From NCBI GenBank assembly GCA_951406725.2, contig OX597833.1, forward strand, positions 31,186,001-31,250,000: DNA of 64,000 nucleotides, given 5' to 3'. The notes beneath the pieces were generated by a model that was not told the DNA's origin, did no database searches, and was given only the letters and a program-made list of their open reading frames with translations. Positions 37,259 through 51,716 of the stretch are shown here, piece after piece; position 1 is the first letter of the stretch; each line of letters opens with the position of its first letter. Source of the stretch: Octopus vulgaris. Its lineage: Eukaryota. The translations under genes and the position numbers were made by a program.

Positions 37259-40208
37259 TAGCCCCTCAGGCGGGGCTACCCGATGGACAGAAAGACCGAT
37301 TCAGTGACACCCTACTGCTGACTACCTCGTTGACGAATGACAGGGATCTTCTCTTTGTGGCTGGTGACTTCAATGGACATATTGGACAACATACAGGGGG
37401 CTTCCATGGCATACATGGAGGCTACGGCTATGGTTCACACAACGAGGAGGGAACTAGGCTGCTGGAGTTCTGCAATGCAAATGATCTTATGGTTTGCAAT
37501 ACTAACTTCAGGAAACCTACCAGTCACCTACTGATCGGGCTGGCATACTAGCGAAATTGTCTACATCCTTGCCAGAAAAAGGTATAAATGGCTGCTTATA
37601 AATTCCAAAACCTTCCCAGACGAAGAATGTACCCAACAAGATAGACTGGTAGTTAGTGACTTTAGGATCAGGACTAAGTGGACACCCAGAAGACGACCAG
37701 CATGGAAAAGAAGGGTCTGGAAGCTTAAAGATCCTGCAAATGGACAGAGATTTAGAGACATATTACTCAAAGCCTTTGACGAAATAGAAGAGGATATAGC
37801 TTCACATAGTGTAGAAGACAACTGGAGGTTTCTACGGGACAACATGCTGAGAGCCACTGACCAGATCTGTGGATGGTGCAAAGTCCCTTCTCGACCCAAG
37901 GTAACGTGGTGGTGGAACAATACTGTAGACAGGGCTATTAGAGAAAAGAGACAGGCTTCAAAGGACTGGAAGAATGGTGGTAGCAGGGAATTGTATCAGA
38001 CTGCCAGAAGAGAAGCTAGGAGACAGGTTTACTTAGCCAGAGGGGAAGCAGATAAGAAAAAATTTGCCAATGTTCTGCGCTGTGAGGTATTTCGTGTTGC
38101 AAGACAGTGTGTGAGAGAGAATCGAGATGTTGTAGGAGAGAAATGTGTCTGCATGGATGATAGTTCTCTTTCGCTAAATGAAGCTGCAAAGAGAGAGGTT
38201 TGGAGACGCCACTATGAAAGGTTGCTGTATAAAGAAAATGAATGGGAGAAAGAGAGTCTGCCGAATGACGACCCAGCAGAGAGACCAGCTATCCGAGTTG
38301 ACAGTACCTTGGTAGATAAGGCAATTGGAAGTATGAAGACAGGGAAAGCCCCAGGCCCATCAGGAATTACTGCAGAGATGCTCAAAATATCTGGAAGTGT
38401 TGGCTATAGCCTAGTCACCCATATAGTTAACCAGGTGATACACGAAGGAGTCATACCCAATGACTGGTGTAGCAGCATAATAGTTAACTGCTACAAAAGT
38501 AAAGGTGACGCTTTAGATACAAATAATTACAGAGGTATCAAGCTGTTGGATCAGGTAATGAAGGTCATGGAGAGGGTCATAGCACAACTAATTAGAGAGA
38601 GAGTCAGTTTAGATGAGATGCAGTTTGGGTTCGTGCCAGGGAAAAGCACCACTGATGCTATATTCCTGATAAGACAGCTGCAGGAGAAATACCTAGCCAA
38701 AGATAAACCTCTGTACCTGGCTTTTGTTGACATGGAGAAAGCCTTTGACAGCATCCTCCAATCCCTTATCTGGTGGTCATTGAGGAAGCTAGGGATAGAT
38801 GAATGGTTAGTGAGAGCTGTGCAAGCCATGAACATGGATGCTGTCAGTAAGGTGAGGGTTGGCAACGAGTACACTGATGAATCCAGGGTAGAGGTAGGGG
38901 TCCACCAAGGTTCAATCCTCAGCCCCCTCCTATTTATCATAGTTCTCCAGGCAATAACGAAAGAATTCAAGACAGGATGCCCCTGGAAGCTTCTCTATGC
39001 TGATGAACTTGCTCTAATTGCTGAGTTACTATCAGAACTAGAGGAGACGTTTCAAGTGTGAAAACAAGGATTAGAATCGAAGAGCTCTTATCCCTGCTGG
39101 CGACAAAGGACCTCTCGCTCAGAGTAGAAGGTAGACTGTATGACACATGTACAAACAGCCATGCTACATGGCAGTGAAACATGGGCTGTGACTGCTGAGG
39201 ACATGCATAAGCTCACAAGGAATGAAGCCAGTATGATCCGATGGATGTGTAATGTCAGTGTACATACTCGACAGAGTGTAAGTACCTTGAGAGAAATGTT
39301 GTACCTAAGAAGCATCAGTTGTGGTGTGCAAGAGAGATGACTGCGCTGGTATGGTCATATGGCGAGAATGGTTGAGGACAGCTGTGTGAAAAAGTGCCAC
39401 ACCCTAGCGGTTGAGGGAACCTGTGGAAGAGGTAGACCCAGGAATACCTGGGATGAAGTGGTGAAGTACGACGTTCGAACTTTGGGCCTCACCAAGGAAA
39501 TGACTAGTGACCAAGACCTTTGGAAATATGCTGTGGTTGAGAAGACCCGGCAAGCCAAATGAGACCATAACTTCGTGGCCTATGCCAGGGGTGTAACCAG
39601 CCCACTTGTGCCTACCTTTTCCTTCTTTCGACACTAAACTCTGCTTGCGAAGACCTGTTGAGGCAAGTGAAATCAAAATCAAAATCAAAGTGAAATTCGA
39701 TGACGGGCATGAGCACCATATGAGCCTGATTGTTGACAGAGCAGCTAACCGGCTTCTGTGCCAGTGGCACATAAAAGGCATCAATCGAGAGTGTGATCGT
39801 TACCTGCATCACCTTACTGGAACTTGTCCCCATGCTAGTAGGGTTCCAAGAGCACCATCCGAGTGTGATCATTGCCAGAGCGGCTAACTGGCTTCCGTGT
39901 CGGTGGCATGTAAGAGGCACCATTTGAGCGTTACCAGTATCACCTACCTGGCACCTGTGCTGTTGGCATGGGTAAAAAGATTTGAGTGAGGTCATTGCCA
40001 TTACCGCCTGACTGGCCCCCGTGCAGGTGGCACATAAAAAGCACCCACTACACTCTCGGAGTGGCTGGCGTTAGGAAGGGCATCCAGCTGTAGAAACTCT
40101 GCCAGATCAAGACTGGAGCCTGGTGCAGCCATCTGGTTCACCAGCCCTCAGTCAAACCGACCAACCCATGCTAGCATGGAAAGTGGACGTTAAACGATGA
40201 TGATGATA
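37258..40208 (+). mobile_element. RTE LINE, decayed: partial EN, RT, internal deletion near 39085, 3' UTR and (GAT)n
   Basis: AGDFNGHIG, ORF 37844-39061 RT motifs, HGSETW and the conserved 3' end. Confidence 0.95.
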
Positions 40209-40504
40209 GATGTATACATGTATGTGTAGATGTATATATATAGATGTACATGTAATATGTACACACACACACACACATATATACATGCATACATATAGAC
40301 ACCCATACACACAAACACACACACCTATACACACACACACATAGGTGCAGGTGTGGCTGTGTGGTAACAAACTTCGTTCCAAAACACATGGTCCTGAGTA
40401 CAGTCACACTGTGTGGCGACTTGGCATGTGTCTTAGACCAACCAAAGCCTTGTCAGTGGATTTTGGAGACAGAAACTGAAAAAGTCAATTGTATATATAT
40501 ATAT

Positions 40505-43500
40505 GTGCCGAATGTCGACCCAACAGAGGGACCAGCAATCCGAGTTAACGGTTCCTTAGTAGATAAGGCAATTAGAAGCATGAAAACAGGGAAAGCCCCA
40601 GGCCCATCAGGAATTACTGCAGAGATGCTCAAAATATCTGGTGGTGTCGGCTATAGCTTAGTCACCCGTATAGTTAACCAGGTGATACACGAGGGGGTCA
40701 TACCCAATGACTGGTGTAGCAGCATAATAGTCAACTGCTACAAAGGTAAAGGCGACGCCCTAGAGACAAATAACTACAGGGGCATCAAGCTGCTGGATCA
40801 GGTAATGAAGGTTACGGAGAGGGTTATAGCCCAACTAATTAGAGAGAGTTAGCTTAGATGATATGCAGTTTGGGTTCGTGCCAGGGAAAAGTACTACTGA
40901 TGCTATATTCCTGGTAAGACAGCTGCAGGAGAAATACCTAGCCAAAGATAAGCCCTTGTACCTGGCTTTTGTTGACTTGGAGAAAGCCTTTGACAGGGTC
41001 CCCCGATCCCTTATCTGGTGGTCAATGAGGAAACTAGGGATAGATGAATGGTTGGTGAAAGCTGTGCAAGCCATGTACAGAGACGCTGCTAGTAAGGTGA
41101 GGGTTGGCAATGAGTACAGTGAAGAATTCCGGGTAGAGGTTGGGGTCCACCAAGGTTCAGTCCTCAGTCCCCTCCTATTTATCATAGTCCTCCAGGCAAT
41201 AACGGAGGAATTCAAGACAGGTTGCCCCTGGGAGCTCCTCTATGCTGACGACCTTGCTCTAATTGCTGAGTCACTATCAGAACTGGAGGAGAAGTTTCAG
41301 GTGTGGAAACAAGGATTAGAATCGAAGGGCCTTAGAATCAACCTAGCCAAAACCAAAGTCCTAATAAGTAGGAAGGTAGATCAATCACAAACGCCTTCAG
41401 GTAGATGGCCCTGCTCAATCTGTAAAAAAGGTGTAGGTAGAAACTCTATAAGATGCACCAAGTGTAAGCTATGGACACATAAGAGGTGCAGCAATGTCAA
41501 AGGAAGGCTAACTAGGAAAATAGTTTTTGTCTGTGGCAAATGCTCAGGAGCAATAAACACTGGAAATGTGCAGAGACCAACTTCTGCCACGTTCCAGGGA
41601 GACAAACTAGAAGTAGTTGATAGCTTCCGCTACCTAGGAGACCAAGTCAGTAGCGGGGGTGGGTGTGCTGAAAGTGTAACTGCTAGAGTAAGAATAGCCT
41701 GGGCAAAGTTTAGAGAGCTCTTACCCCTGCTGGTGACAAAAGGCCTCTCGCTCAGAGTAAAAGGCAGACTGTATGATGCATGTGTACGTACAGCCATGCT
41801 ACATGGTAGTGAAACATGGGCCGTGACTGCTGAGGATATGCGTAAGCTCGCAAGAAATGAAGCCAGTATGCTCCGATGGATGTGTAATGTCAGTGTTCAT
41901 AATCGTCAGAGTGTAAGTTCCTTGAGAGAAAAGTTGAACCTAAGAAGCGTCAGTTGTGGTGTGCAAGAGAGACGGCTGCGCTGGTATGGTCATGTGACGA
42001 GAAAGGCTGAAGATAGTTGTGTGCAAAAGTGCTACACCCTAGCAGTTGAGGGAACCTGTGGAAGAGGTAGACCCAGGAAAACCTGGGACGAGGTGGTGAA
42101 GCACGACCTTCGAACTTTAGGTCTCACTAAGGAAATGTCTAGAGACCGAGACCTATGGAAGTATGCTGTGCGTGAGAAGACCCGGCAAGACTAGTCAGGC
42201 CATAACCCGTGGCCCCTACCTGGGGCGTAGTCAGTCCACCTGTGCATACCTTCCTTCTTGTGACACTTATGAAGACCTGTTGAGGCAAGTGAAAATCAAA
42301 TCAAAACAAATCAAAATAGATGAACATCAATGGAATTGTATCTTTGTGCTACCAGTGCCGGTGGCACACAAGAAAACCACCCGAACGTGGCCGTAGCCAG
42401 TACCACATCGACTGGCCTCCGTGCTGTGGGCACAACAAACACCATCCGATCGTGGCCGTTCGCCAGCCTCATCTGGCACCTGTGTCGGTGGCACATAAAA
42501 ACACCATCCGAAGACCCGGTGACGTAGTCAGTCCACCTGTGCATACCTTCCCTCTTATGACACTTGTGAAGACCTGTTGAGGCAAGTGTGTGACACTTGT
42601 GAAGACCTGTTGAGGCAGAGGCAAGTGTGTGACACTTTGTGAAGACCTGTTGAGGCAGAGGCAAGTGTGTGACACTTGTGGAGACCTGTTGAGGCAAGTG
42701 TGTGACACTTGTGAAGACCTGTTGAGGCAAGTGAAAATCAAACCAAATCAAAATAGATGAACATCAATGGAATTTGTATCTTTGTGGTACCAGTACCGGT
42801 GGCACACAAGAAAACCATCCGAACGTGGCCGTAGCCAGTACCGCATCGACTGGCCTCCGTGCTGTGGGCACAACAAACACCATCCGATCGTGGCCGTTCG
42901 CCAGCCTCATCTGGCACCTGTGTCGGTGGCACATAAAAACACCATCCGAAGACCCGGCGACGTAGTCAGTCCACCTGTGCATACCTTCCTTCTTATGACA
43001 CTTGTGAAGATCTGTTGAGGCAAGTGTGTGACACTTGTTGAGGCAAGTGTGTGACACTTGTGAAGACCTGTTGAGGCAGAGGCAAGTGTGTGACACTTGT
43101 GAAGACCTGTTGAGGCAAGTGAAAATCAAATCAAACCAAATCAAAATAGATGAACATCAATGGAATTTGTATCTTTGTGGTACCAGTACCGGTGGCACAC
43201 AAGAAAACCATCCGAACGTGGCCGTAGCCAATACCGCATCGACTGGCCTCTGTGATGTGGGCACATAACAAACACCATCCGATCGTGGTGGCCCCTACCT
43301 GGGAGTCCACCTGTGCATACCTTCCTTCTTGTGACACTTATGAAGACCTGTTGAGGCAAGTGAAAATCAACAAATCAACAAATCAAAAAAATCAAAACAA
43401 ATCAAAATAGATGAACATCAATGGAATCTGTATCTCTGTGGTACCAGTGCCAGTGGCACACAAGAAAACCATCCGAACGTGGCTGTAGCCAGTACCGCAT

Positions 43501-43740
43501 CGACTGGCCTCCGTGCTGTGGGCACATAACAAACGCCATCCGATCGTGGCCGTTCACCAGCCTTATCTGGCACCTGTCCGAAGACCCGGCAAGACTAGTC
43601 AGGCCATAGCCCGTGGCCCCTTCCTGGGACGTAGTCAGTCCACCTGTGCATACCTTCCTTCTTATGACACTTGTGAAGACCTGTTGAGGCAAGTGCTAAT
43701 CAAATCAAATGACACTTGTGAAGACCTGTTGAGGCAAGTG

Positions 43741-43775
<35 letters not shown>

Positions 43776-44590
43776 CATAATCAAATCCAATCAAAACAAA
43801 TCAAAATAGATGAACATCAATGGAATTTGTATCTTTGTGGTACCAATGCCGGTGGCACACAAGAAAACCATCCGAACGTGGCGGTAGCCAGTACCACATC
43901 GACTGGCCTCCGTGCTGTGGGCACGTAACAAACACCATCCGATCGTGGCCGTTCGCCAGCCTCATCTGGCACCTGTGTTGGTGGCACATAAAAACACCAT
44001 CCAAAGACCCGGCAAGACTAGTCAGGCCATAACCCGTGGCCCCTACCTGGGACGTAGTCAGTCTACCTGTGCATACCTTCCTTCTTATGACACTTGTGAA
44101 GACCTGTTGAGGCAAGTATGTGACACTTGTGAAGACCTGTTGAGGCAAGTGAAAATCAAACCAAATCAAAATAGATGAACATCAATGGAATTTGTATCTT
44201 TGTGGTACCAGTGCCGGTGGCACACAAGAAAACCATCCGAACGTGGCCGTAGCCAGTACCGCATTGACTGGCCTCCGTGCTGTGGGCACTAACAAACACC
44301 ATCCGGGCACGTAACAAACACCATCCGATCGTTGCCGTTCGCCAGCCTCATCTGGCACTTGTGTCGGTGGCACATAAAAACACCATCCGAGCGTGGCCGT
44401 CTGCCAGCCTCGGTGGCACATAAAATCACCCACTACACTCTCGGAGTGGTTGGCGTTAGGAAGGGCATCCAGCTGTAGAAACACTGCCAGATCTGACTGG
44501 CCTGGTGCAGCCTTCGGGCTCCCCAGACTCCAGTTGAACCGTCCAACCCATGGAAAGCGGACGTTAAATGAGGATGATGATGATGATGAT
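40505..44590 (+). mobile_element. RTE LINE, 5'-truncated and relatively young, with tandemly amplified 3' UTR
   Basis: ORF 40863-42194 is uninterrupted (QFGF, DLEKAFD, HQGSVLSP, YADD) with one frameshift at ~40848. (GAT)n tail at ~44573-44590. Confidence 0.95.
42175..44400 (+). repeat. Six-unit modular tandem array derived from the RTE 3' UTR
   Basis: ATAGATGAACATCAATGGAAT recurs at ~42316, 42753, 43146, 43407, 43806 and 44171, with variable numbers of 33-39-bp GACACTTGTGAAGACCTGTTGAGGCAAGTG subunits. Confidence 0.95.
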
Positions 44591-44636
44591 GTAAGTCTAT
44601 GTGTGTGTCTTTGTGTTTCTCCCTCATTACTGCTTC

Positions 44637-45040
44637 ACATCATCATCATCATTGTTTGACCGTGGTCGAGACAATGGAATTTACTTTGTTACAGCAGACT
44701 TCATGGTCCATCATAGCATTATGGAGGTCCTGTTGCTGGATGCCTGTATCCCTGGAGATTACATCAGGGTAGGAGAGTGTGCGCCCTCTGGTATCGCGAG
44801 CAGATGGCTTCCAGAGGAGAAGAGTAGAAATAACTTCGTTTTCAGCTCTACAACAATGTCCAGCTAACTGGACTCTTCTAACTTTCACAAGAGATGATAC
44901 AGGTGGTAGTTTCCCATATATTTGTATTTTGGTTGGATGACGCTTCCACGACAGATTTTGAGCCCTCATAAGGAGGCGAGTGTAAGTTCCATCCAACCTC
45001 CTGTCAAGCTTCTTTGATAACGTCCAGGTTTCTGAGCCAT
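44637..45040 (-). mobile_element. RTE-clade LINE 3' fragment (third family)
   Basis: YGSETWTL..LDGTYTRLLMRA..LAGHC..LLW, with a (GAT)n tail. Confidence 0.85.
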
Positions 45041-45234
45041 AAACAACTGGTGTTCGTTTATTTACATCCCCATAACTTACTGGTTTCACAAGAAGAAACT
45101 GCTAGAATAAATACCAGGCTTCTCAAAATGAAAAAAAAATGGGCAGTGTCTCATATTTTTGTTTGCCCACTCAGTTGTATCTATCAATTTATCTTTGTGT
45201 GTGTGTGTGTGTGTGTGTGTATACATATATATAT

Positions 45235-46500
45235 GACACCCTAATGGGGGCCTTAACTCCCAAATTTTAGTCATTTCTTTTATGATCCAAAACTAGGTCA
45301 AAAGTACTGACTGGATCTTTGTGAAGTTTGGAAATGATATTCTATGCATAAGGGCCATAACAGCGATGACAATTCATATATTTTTGCTGTTGATGAAATT
45401 TTAATCACAGATATTAGACACAAGTGAAGTAATATTTATAAAATTTCATCTTCTTATAAGCTAGAAAGACCCCTCCATGGGGACTTAACACCCACAATTT
45501 TGTCATTTTATCTAAGCAAAGACGAATACAGTTGTACTCTTGGAAGCTGTAGGGTCACCCGAGCATAGAGGATAAGCATTATTTGTAATTCAATGGTACA
45601 ACAGTGTAAGAGTTTGCTTTCACATACACTTACAATGTGATTTCTGCAATGTGCTGCATAAATTGTCAAGTAAATGAGAGGCATCTTTGCCTCCACTGAT
45701 TCAGTTGCAAAGTGTTGAGTAAAGTTATTTGATTGCAGATCTCCTTTCAGTCTTTTTATTATCACTGGGTCACACATAATCCCCAGATGGTAACATTGAT
45801 TTCAAGGCCTTCCCAGGTGAGTGACTTGTTATTCAAAGACATTTATAGATTTTAAATTTATTCTGTCCAGTTACGTATCAGTATAGTGGTCATTTGCAAA
45901 CTCCAACTTTCATTTCTCCTTAGCCCTCATGTCACACAGTTGTTAATGTTTATTTCAGTTAGGTCACGCCCTTCCAATTGTTGAGGAATCCTACATTGGG
46001 AGTGGTAGCGACTAGGGTAGGGTAGCTGACTGCTTATTGTGATCATTCGTCTTTTGGTTTCCTGTAGCTTTGCTCTCTTTTACAAACCCAGTGAACATAT
46101 ATTTCCTATTTCAAAGAAATTCAAACAATAGATATAAGACCCAAGTTAAAAAGATTCTCAACAATTCAACATCTGTGCTTGACATTAAGATGCCCACCCC
46201 CAATAGGGGCCTTCACTCTCACATTTTAGAGCTCCATGACCTTCATTTTTCAGGAGCAAAATCCTTTTAATAGGTTCAATAAAACTGGAATTTTGGAATA
46301 TGCACATAAAAATCAGTAGTATGGGATACATGTGGCATGATTACAATTTTTTTAGGGTGTGTAAAGAGGGAAATAACCCTCATCTACAATTATCATGAAA
46401 TTCGAAACATAGGTTTATTACAGTTCATTACAGAAAATATAACGGAAAAGTCTAATTCTTCAATTGAATGTAACATGGGTAACGCTGGGTAACTCTGCTA

Positions 46501-46501
<1 letters not shown>
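45235..46501 (+). mobile_element. Probable non-autonomous Helitron (5' end uncertain)
   Basis: 3' end GGGTAACGCTGGGTAACTCTGCTAG-T resembles the 26405-26434 terminus. An internal motif CCC..ATRGGG..CTT.AC.C recurs at ~45238, 45470 and 46196. Confidence 0.5.
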
Positions 46502-46537
<36 letters not shown>

Positions 46538-46763
46538 GATGATTTTATCATTGATAAATAATAAGTGGGTAGTTATCAAAAACCAAATTGCACATATTTA
46601 AATAAGGGTACTACATAGCACCAGTATTGCTAGAAATAGGAGTCGAAAATCAACTCAATTATCCACAAGCACTGAAAGTTAACGAGCTGGCGAAATCAGG
46701 GAAGTCAGTAGAAATAGCCAACATACCAAGGTGATGCACAATCGCAAATGAGAATGCAGATAT

Positions 46764-46820
46764 ACCCATATCACTTGATTTCGATCTCTGAAATATTCCT
46801 TTTAGATCTCCTCAGTGAGT
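46764..46820 (-). ncRNA. Type I hammerhead ribozyme motif (CTGAGGA core)
   Basis: actca-CTGAGGA-gatct..agatc-GAAA-tc-aagt-ga-TA-tgggt; all three stems pair. Confidence 0.72.
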
Positions 46821-46989
46821 CTATATATATAAATATATATGTCTCCATTTTCAATTTTCCTATTTTCTCCTAAATTTGTCTCGCTTCTCCCTGGAATCAA
46901 ATCCCACACAAATGTAACCATTGATTCTTCGTAAGCAACATTTAGTGACCTTGTAATTCTTCCCGTGGATCTTTCCTATAAATTGTACT

Positions 46990-47694
<705 letters not shown>

Positions 47695-47700
47695 GTATGT

Positions 47701-47805
<105 letters not shown>

Positions 47806-48243
47806 TATGTATGTATATATATATATGTATGTATGTATATACATATATATATGTATATATATGTATAGATATGTGTGTGTATATATATGTGTGTGTGTGT
47901 GTATACATATATATATATGTAAATATATATGTATTTATATATTTACATATATATACATATATATATATATATACATATATATATGTGTGTGTGTGCATAA
48001 ATGTATATATACATATGTAAATGCCTATATATGTACATATGTAAATATTCTTGGAAATGGATGCATAGCATTCAATTAAATAAATTATATATATATAATA
48101 TATATTTTTTTTTATAGCGTTTTTTTTTTTGTCATAGCGTTTTTCAGATGGTCAGACAACCAAAGAGATGGTGTTCCACCTCGGCATCTGAAACTCAGAG
48201 TTTTATCTTGGCTATTGAATAACTGTCACATATTATTTTACAG

Positions 48244-48271
<28 letters not shown>

Positions 48272-48274
<3 letters not shown>

Positions 48275-49019
48275 CAAAGTGAGATAGGAGATGTGAGTGT
48301 AACCCTCTATGGGATAACATATATCCAATATACTGCCAGTAAAGCACCCAGTAAAGTTAATACATAAATGCTAAGAATTGCAATGCAATTAATTCATTTA
48401 TTGTATTATATGGGCGAAGGTAAAATGTTTTACCTCAAATTCATAATACAAAATAAGAAAATGGAGGAATACACTTTAATCAGTCATCAACTACCAGATA
48501 ATACCCATTCACATAATTTATTAACCAACTACATAGGAACATCAAGATCAAACACAATAATACAGAACAAAACAGTACACATCAATGAGTAATATGATAC
48601 CATAAGTACAATACGTATAAATAAATATAAATATAAATATAAACTAGATCTTACAGCTGTTTCAGCCATGTAGATAGGAGTATCTCATTATGCTCATATT
48701 AGCCAGGTGTGTTAAGGTAATATGTGGTTATAAATGAGATACTTACATATATATCCCAGAGATTATAAAGTACAATTCAAATATGAATATAAGAGAAGGT
48801 ACACATATACAAGAATAAGTACATATACATAATATACACATACATATAAGTGCATATACACATGCACCTACATATATATAAGTATATACATAATAATATA
48901 CATACATATAAGGTTACAGTTAGTCAAATCAATATATTAGAATATACATACATAGACACATCCACATGAAAGTGTACATATACAAAGTCCAGAGTTCATT
49001 GTATTAAGTTACAAAAGGC

Positions 49020-49020
<1 letters not shown>
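48272..49020 (-). mobile_element. Further copy of the 4755-6170 family, with the hammerhead GAAA half at ~48648-48668
   Basis: 48275-48500 is the inverse of 5940-6170. TAGATCTTACAGCTGTTTC.GCCATGTAGATA is shared with 5006-5037. Confidence 0.7.
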
Positions 49021-49053
<33 letters not shown>

Positions 49054-49102
49054 AATAATAATAATACCAGTAAAAGAATATATGCATTCTGCACATATAT
49101 AT

Positions 49103-50056
49103 AGCTCGCAAGGAATGAAGCCAGTAAGATCCAATGGATGTGTAATGTCAGTGTGCATACTCAACAGAGTGTAAGTATCTTGAGAGAAAAGTTGGATCTA
49201 AGAAGCATTAGATGTGGTGTGCAAGAGAGACGACTGCGCTTGTATGGTGATGTGGCGAGAATGGATGAGGATAGCTGTGTGAAAATGTGCCACATCCTAG
49301 TGGTTGAGGGAACCTGTGGAAGAGGTAGACCCAGGAAGACTTTGGATGAAGTTGGTGAAGCACGAGAAATGACTAGTGACCAAGACGTTTGGAAATATGC
49401 TGTGCTCGAGAAGACCCGGCAAGCCAAATGAGACCATAACCCGTGGCCTATGCCAAGGGTGTAACCAGCCTGCTTATGTGTACCTTTTTCCTTCTTTGGT
49501 CACTAAACTCTGCTTGCAAAGACCTGTTGAGGCAAGTTTAATCAAAATCAATTCGATGACTGGCATCCATGCTAGCGAGGTGCAAAGAGCACCATACGAG
49601 AGTGATCATTGACAGAGCGGCTATTCGAGTATGATCGTTACTAGCGTCGCCTTACTGTCACTTATGCCTGTGCTAGTAGGGTGCCAGGAGCACCATCCGA
49701 GCGTGATCGTTGCCAGAGCAGCCAACTGGCGTCCGTACCCGTGGCACGTAAAAGGGCACCATTCGAGTGTGATCGTTACCAACGTTGTTTCACTGGCACC
49801 TGTGCCGGTGGCACGTGTAAAAAGATTCGAGCGAGGTCATTGCCAATACCGCCTAACTGGCCCCCGTGCCGGTGGCACGTAAACAAAATCTACTACACTC
49901 TCGGAGTGGTTGGCGTTAGGAAGGGCATCCAGCTGTAGAAACTCTGCCCGATCAAGACTGAAGCCTGGTGCAGCCATCTGGTTTGCCAGCCCTCAGTCAA
50001 AATCGTCCAACCCATGCTAGCATGGAAAGCGGACATTAGACGATGATGATGATGAT
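49103..50056 (+). mobile_element. RTE LINE 3' fragment with 3' UTR
   Basis: MCNVSVH..GRGRPRKT, the conserved 3' end and (GAT)n. Confidence 0.9.
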
Positions 50057-51466
50057 GCCTTAATCAAAGCAGGTTATACAGAAAAAATTTTCTACATTGA
50101 TTCTGCTCAGTCTAATTGTAAATTCAATAATGTAGATAAGATTTCTAGTCGTAAAAGAATTATTGATAACAAACATAACTTACGCACCGATACAAAGCGA
50201 ATGAAGGCAGATAACCCTTATTTAATCCCCTATTATCGATCTAAAAGTAAATATAACACCTTCAAAAGTAATTACGCTATGAATACTAGTAAAAATATTT
50301 GGTTAATAATTCCTTACGGGAGACAAATTAAATCTAATCTCCCACTGCTGTTTCGTCAAGCTAGGAATTTTCCAAACAATTCTAGATATTACTCTATAAT
50401 TAATTCACATAAGGTTAGGATAGGTTTTTCAAACACAAAAAATCTCTTGCAAATTATATCTTCTCATTATAACAAACTGTTAAATATTAATACATTTACT
50501 AATACTAACATTAATTTAGCTAATACCATCCAACCCTCTAGAAATATTAATAACAAGGTTATTGTATCTGAAGTCAATTCCAATAGAATTAAATTTATGT
50601 CAAGTAACTCTAAGATTAAAAATTCTGTATACCAGTGTATAATCAGTACTCGTAATAAAGTACGATTTTACATTGGAAGCACATCGTTAGAGTTATCTAA
50701 AAGAATTTCTATCCATTACTCAACATTTAGGGATAGAAATAAACGGAATAGTACTGGTCTCAGCAAACTGATTTGGGATTTAAAAGACCACAATGAACAA
50801 TTTCATTTAGAATGGTCTATCCTCTCAATTTCGATACCATATGACAAAGGCAAGAAATTCTGTCTTCTCTGCAATTCTGAGCTATTTTTCATTTTTTTTT
50901 TCTAAAAATACTCTAGTAAACATGGTTATAGAGCGAGCGTACAGATGTAAGCATTGGCAAAAACATACATTTAGTGCATATAAGTAGTCTCTATCATTAT
51001 ATATAATTTAAACTTTAATTTCCTTTATATTTAACATTCACTATTAATATCCCTACTCTTTCTGTTAGCTACTTATGACGTTATATCATATAAGGTTTTT
51101 TTAAACAATATTAATAGCGTTCTGTCTATCGCTATACAAATCCATCACTTTTTGCTAAAATGTCGTATTGACGAGTTTCGTTTTTTTCACTTTCCCGAAG
51201 AGAAGATTGCATTGGTTATACCATTTATTCTTTTGAATAGTATCAGTGGAATTTTCGAAACATGTGTCGAAAGTAAAAATAATTGTTTACACCTGCGTTA
51301 ACTCCATTTTTTATTCATATTATTCAAAATATTCAACGTAAACACGAAGTTTCTACCTTTATAAACAAGGAGTTACAACTTTACTTGTGAGATTTTTGCT
51401 GCCCTGGTAACTATTTATTTATTTTTCCGTGTTAATTGTTAACAAGGTAAAAATACACTCATCTAT
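50057..51466 (+). mobile_element. Penelope-like element 3' part (GIY-YIG, Nematis-like) with pLTR
   Basis: ORF 50201-50905 has NSVYQC..FYIGST..RISIHYSTF..TGLSKLIWDLK..CLLCNSE, with a downstream hammerhead. Confidence 0.85.
51189..51274 (+). ncRNA. Hammerhead motif with extended stem II (CCGAAGA variant)
   Basis: actttc-CCGAAGA-gaagatt..aattttc-GAAA-catgtg-TC-gaaagt. Confidence 0.72.
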
Positions 51467-51467
51467 T

Positions 51468-51510
<43 letters not shown>

Positions 51511-51511
<1 letters not shown>

Positions 51512-51716
51512 GAAGCGCAATGGCCTAGTGGTTAGGGCAGCGGACTCGCGGTTTCGATTCCCAGACCGGGCGTTGTGAGTGTTTATTGAGCGAAAACACC
51601 TAAAGAGCTCCACGAGGCTCCGGCAGGGGGTGGTGGCGATCCTTGCTGTACTCTTTCGGCACAACTTTCTCTCACTCTTTCTTCTGTTGGCCTGCTCGCT
51701 TAGCCTGCGGGGTGGT
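51511..51716 (+). mobile_element. tRNA-derived SINE 5' part (second family)
   Basis: A box TGGCCTAGTGG and B-box-like GTTTCGATTCC followed by a non-tRNA body. Confidence 0.75.

Larger units (their letters stand above)
40343..45130 (+). mobile_element. SINE split into three pieces (40343-40500, 44591-44636, 45041-45130) by two RTE insertions
   Basis: Head, middle and ACATCCCCATAACTTA..AGAATAAATACCAGGCTT parts are collinear with the 36001-36384 SINE. Confidence 0.6.

Noticed and set aside
42560-42600. TGAAGA-CCT-gttg-AGG-CAAG resembling a hammerhead half
   Set aside because: It lacks the C of CUGA and the GAAA, and has no stem III or cleavage triplet.
42540-43120. CRISPR-like 33-39-bp hairpin repeats
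   Set aside because: No unique spacers, no cas genes, eukaryotic context, and derived from the RTE 3' UTR.
51511-51585. tRNA gene
   Set aside because: A and B boxes are present but there is no cloverleaf, and it continues into a SINE body.
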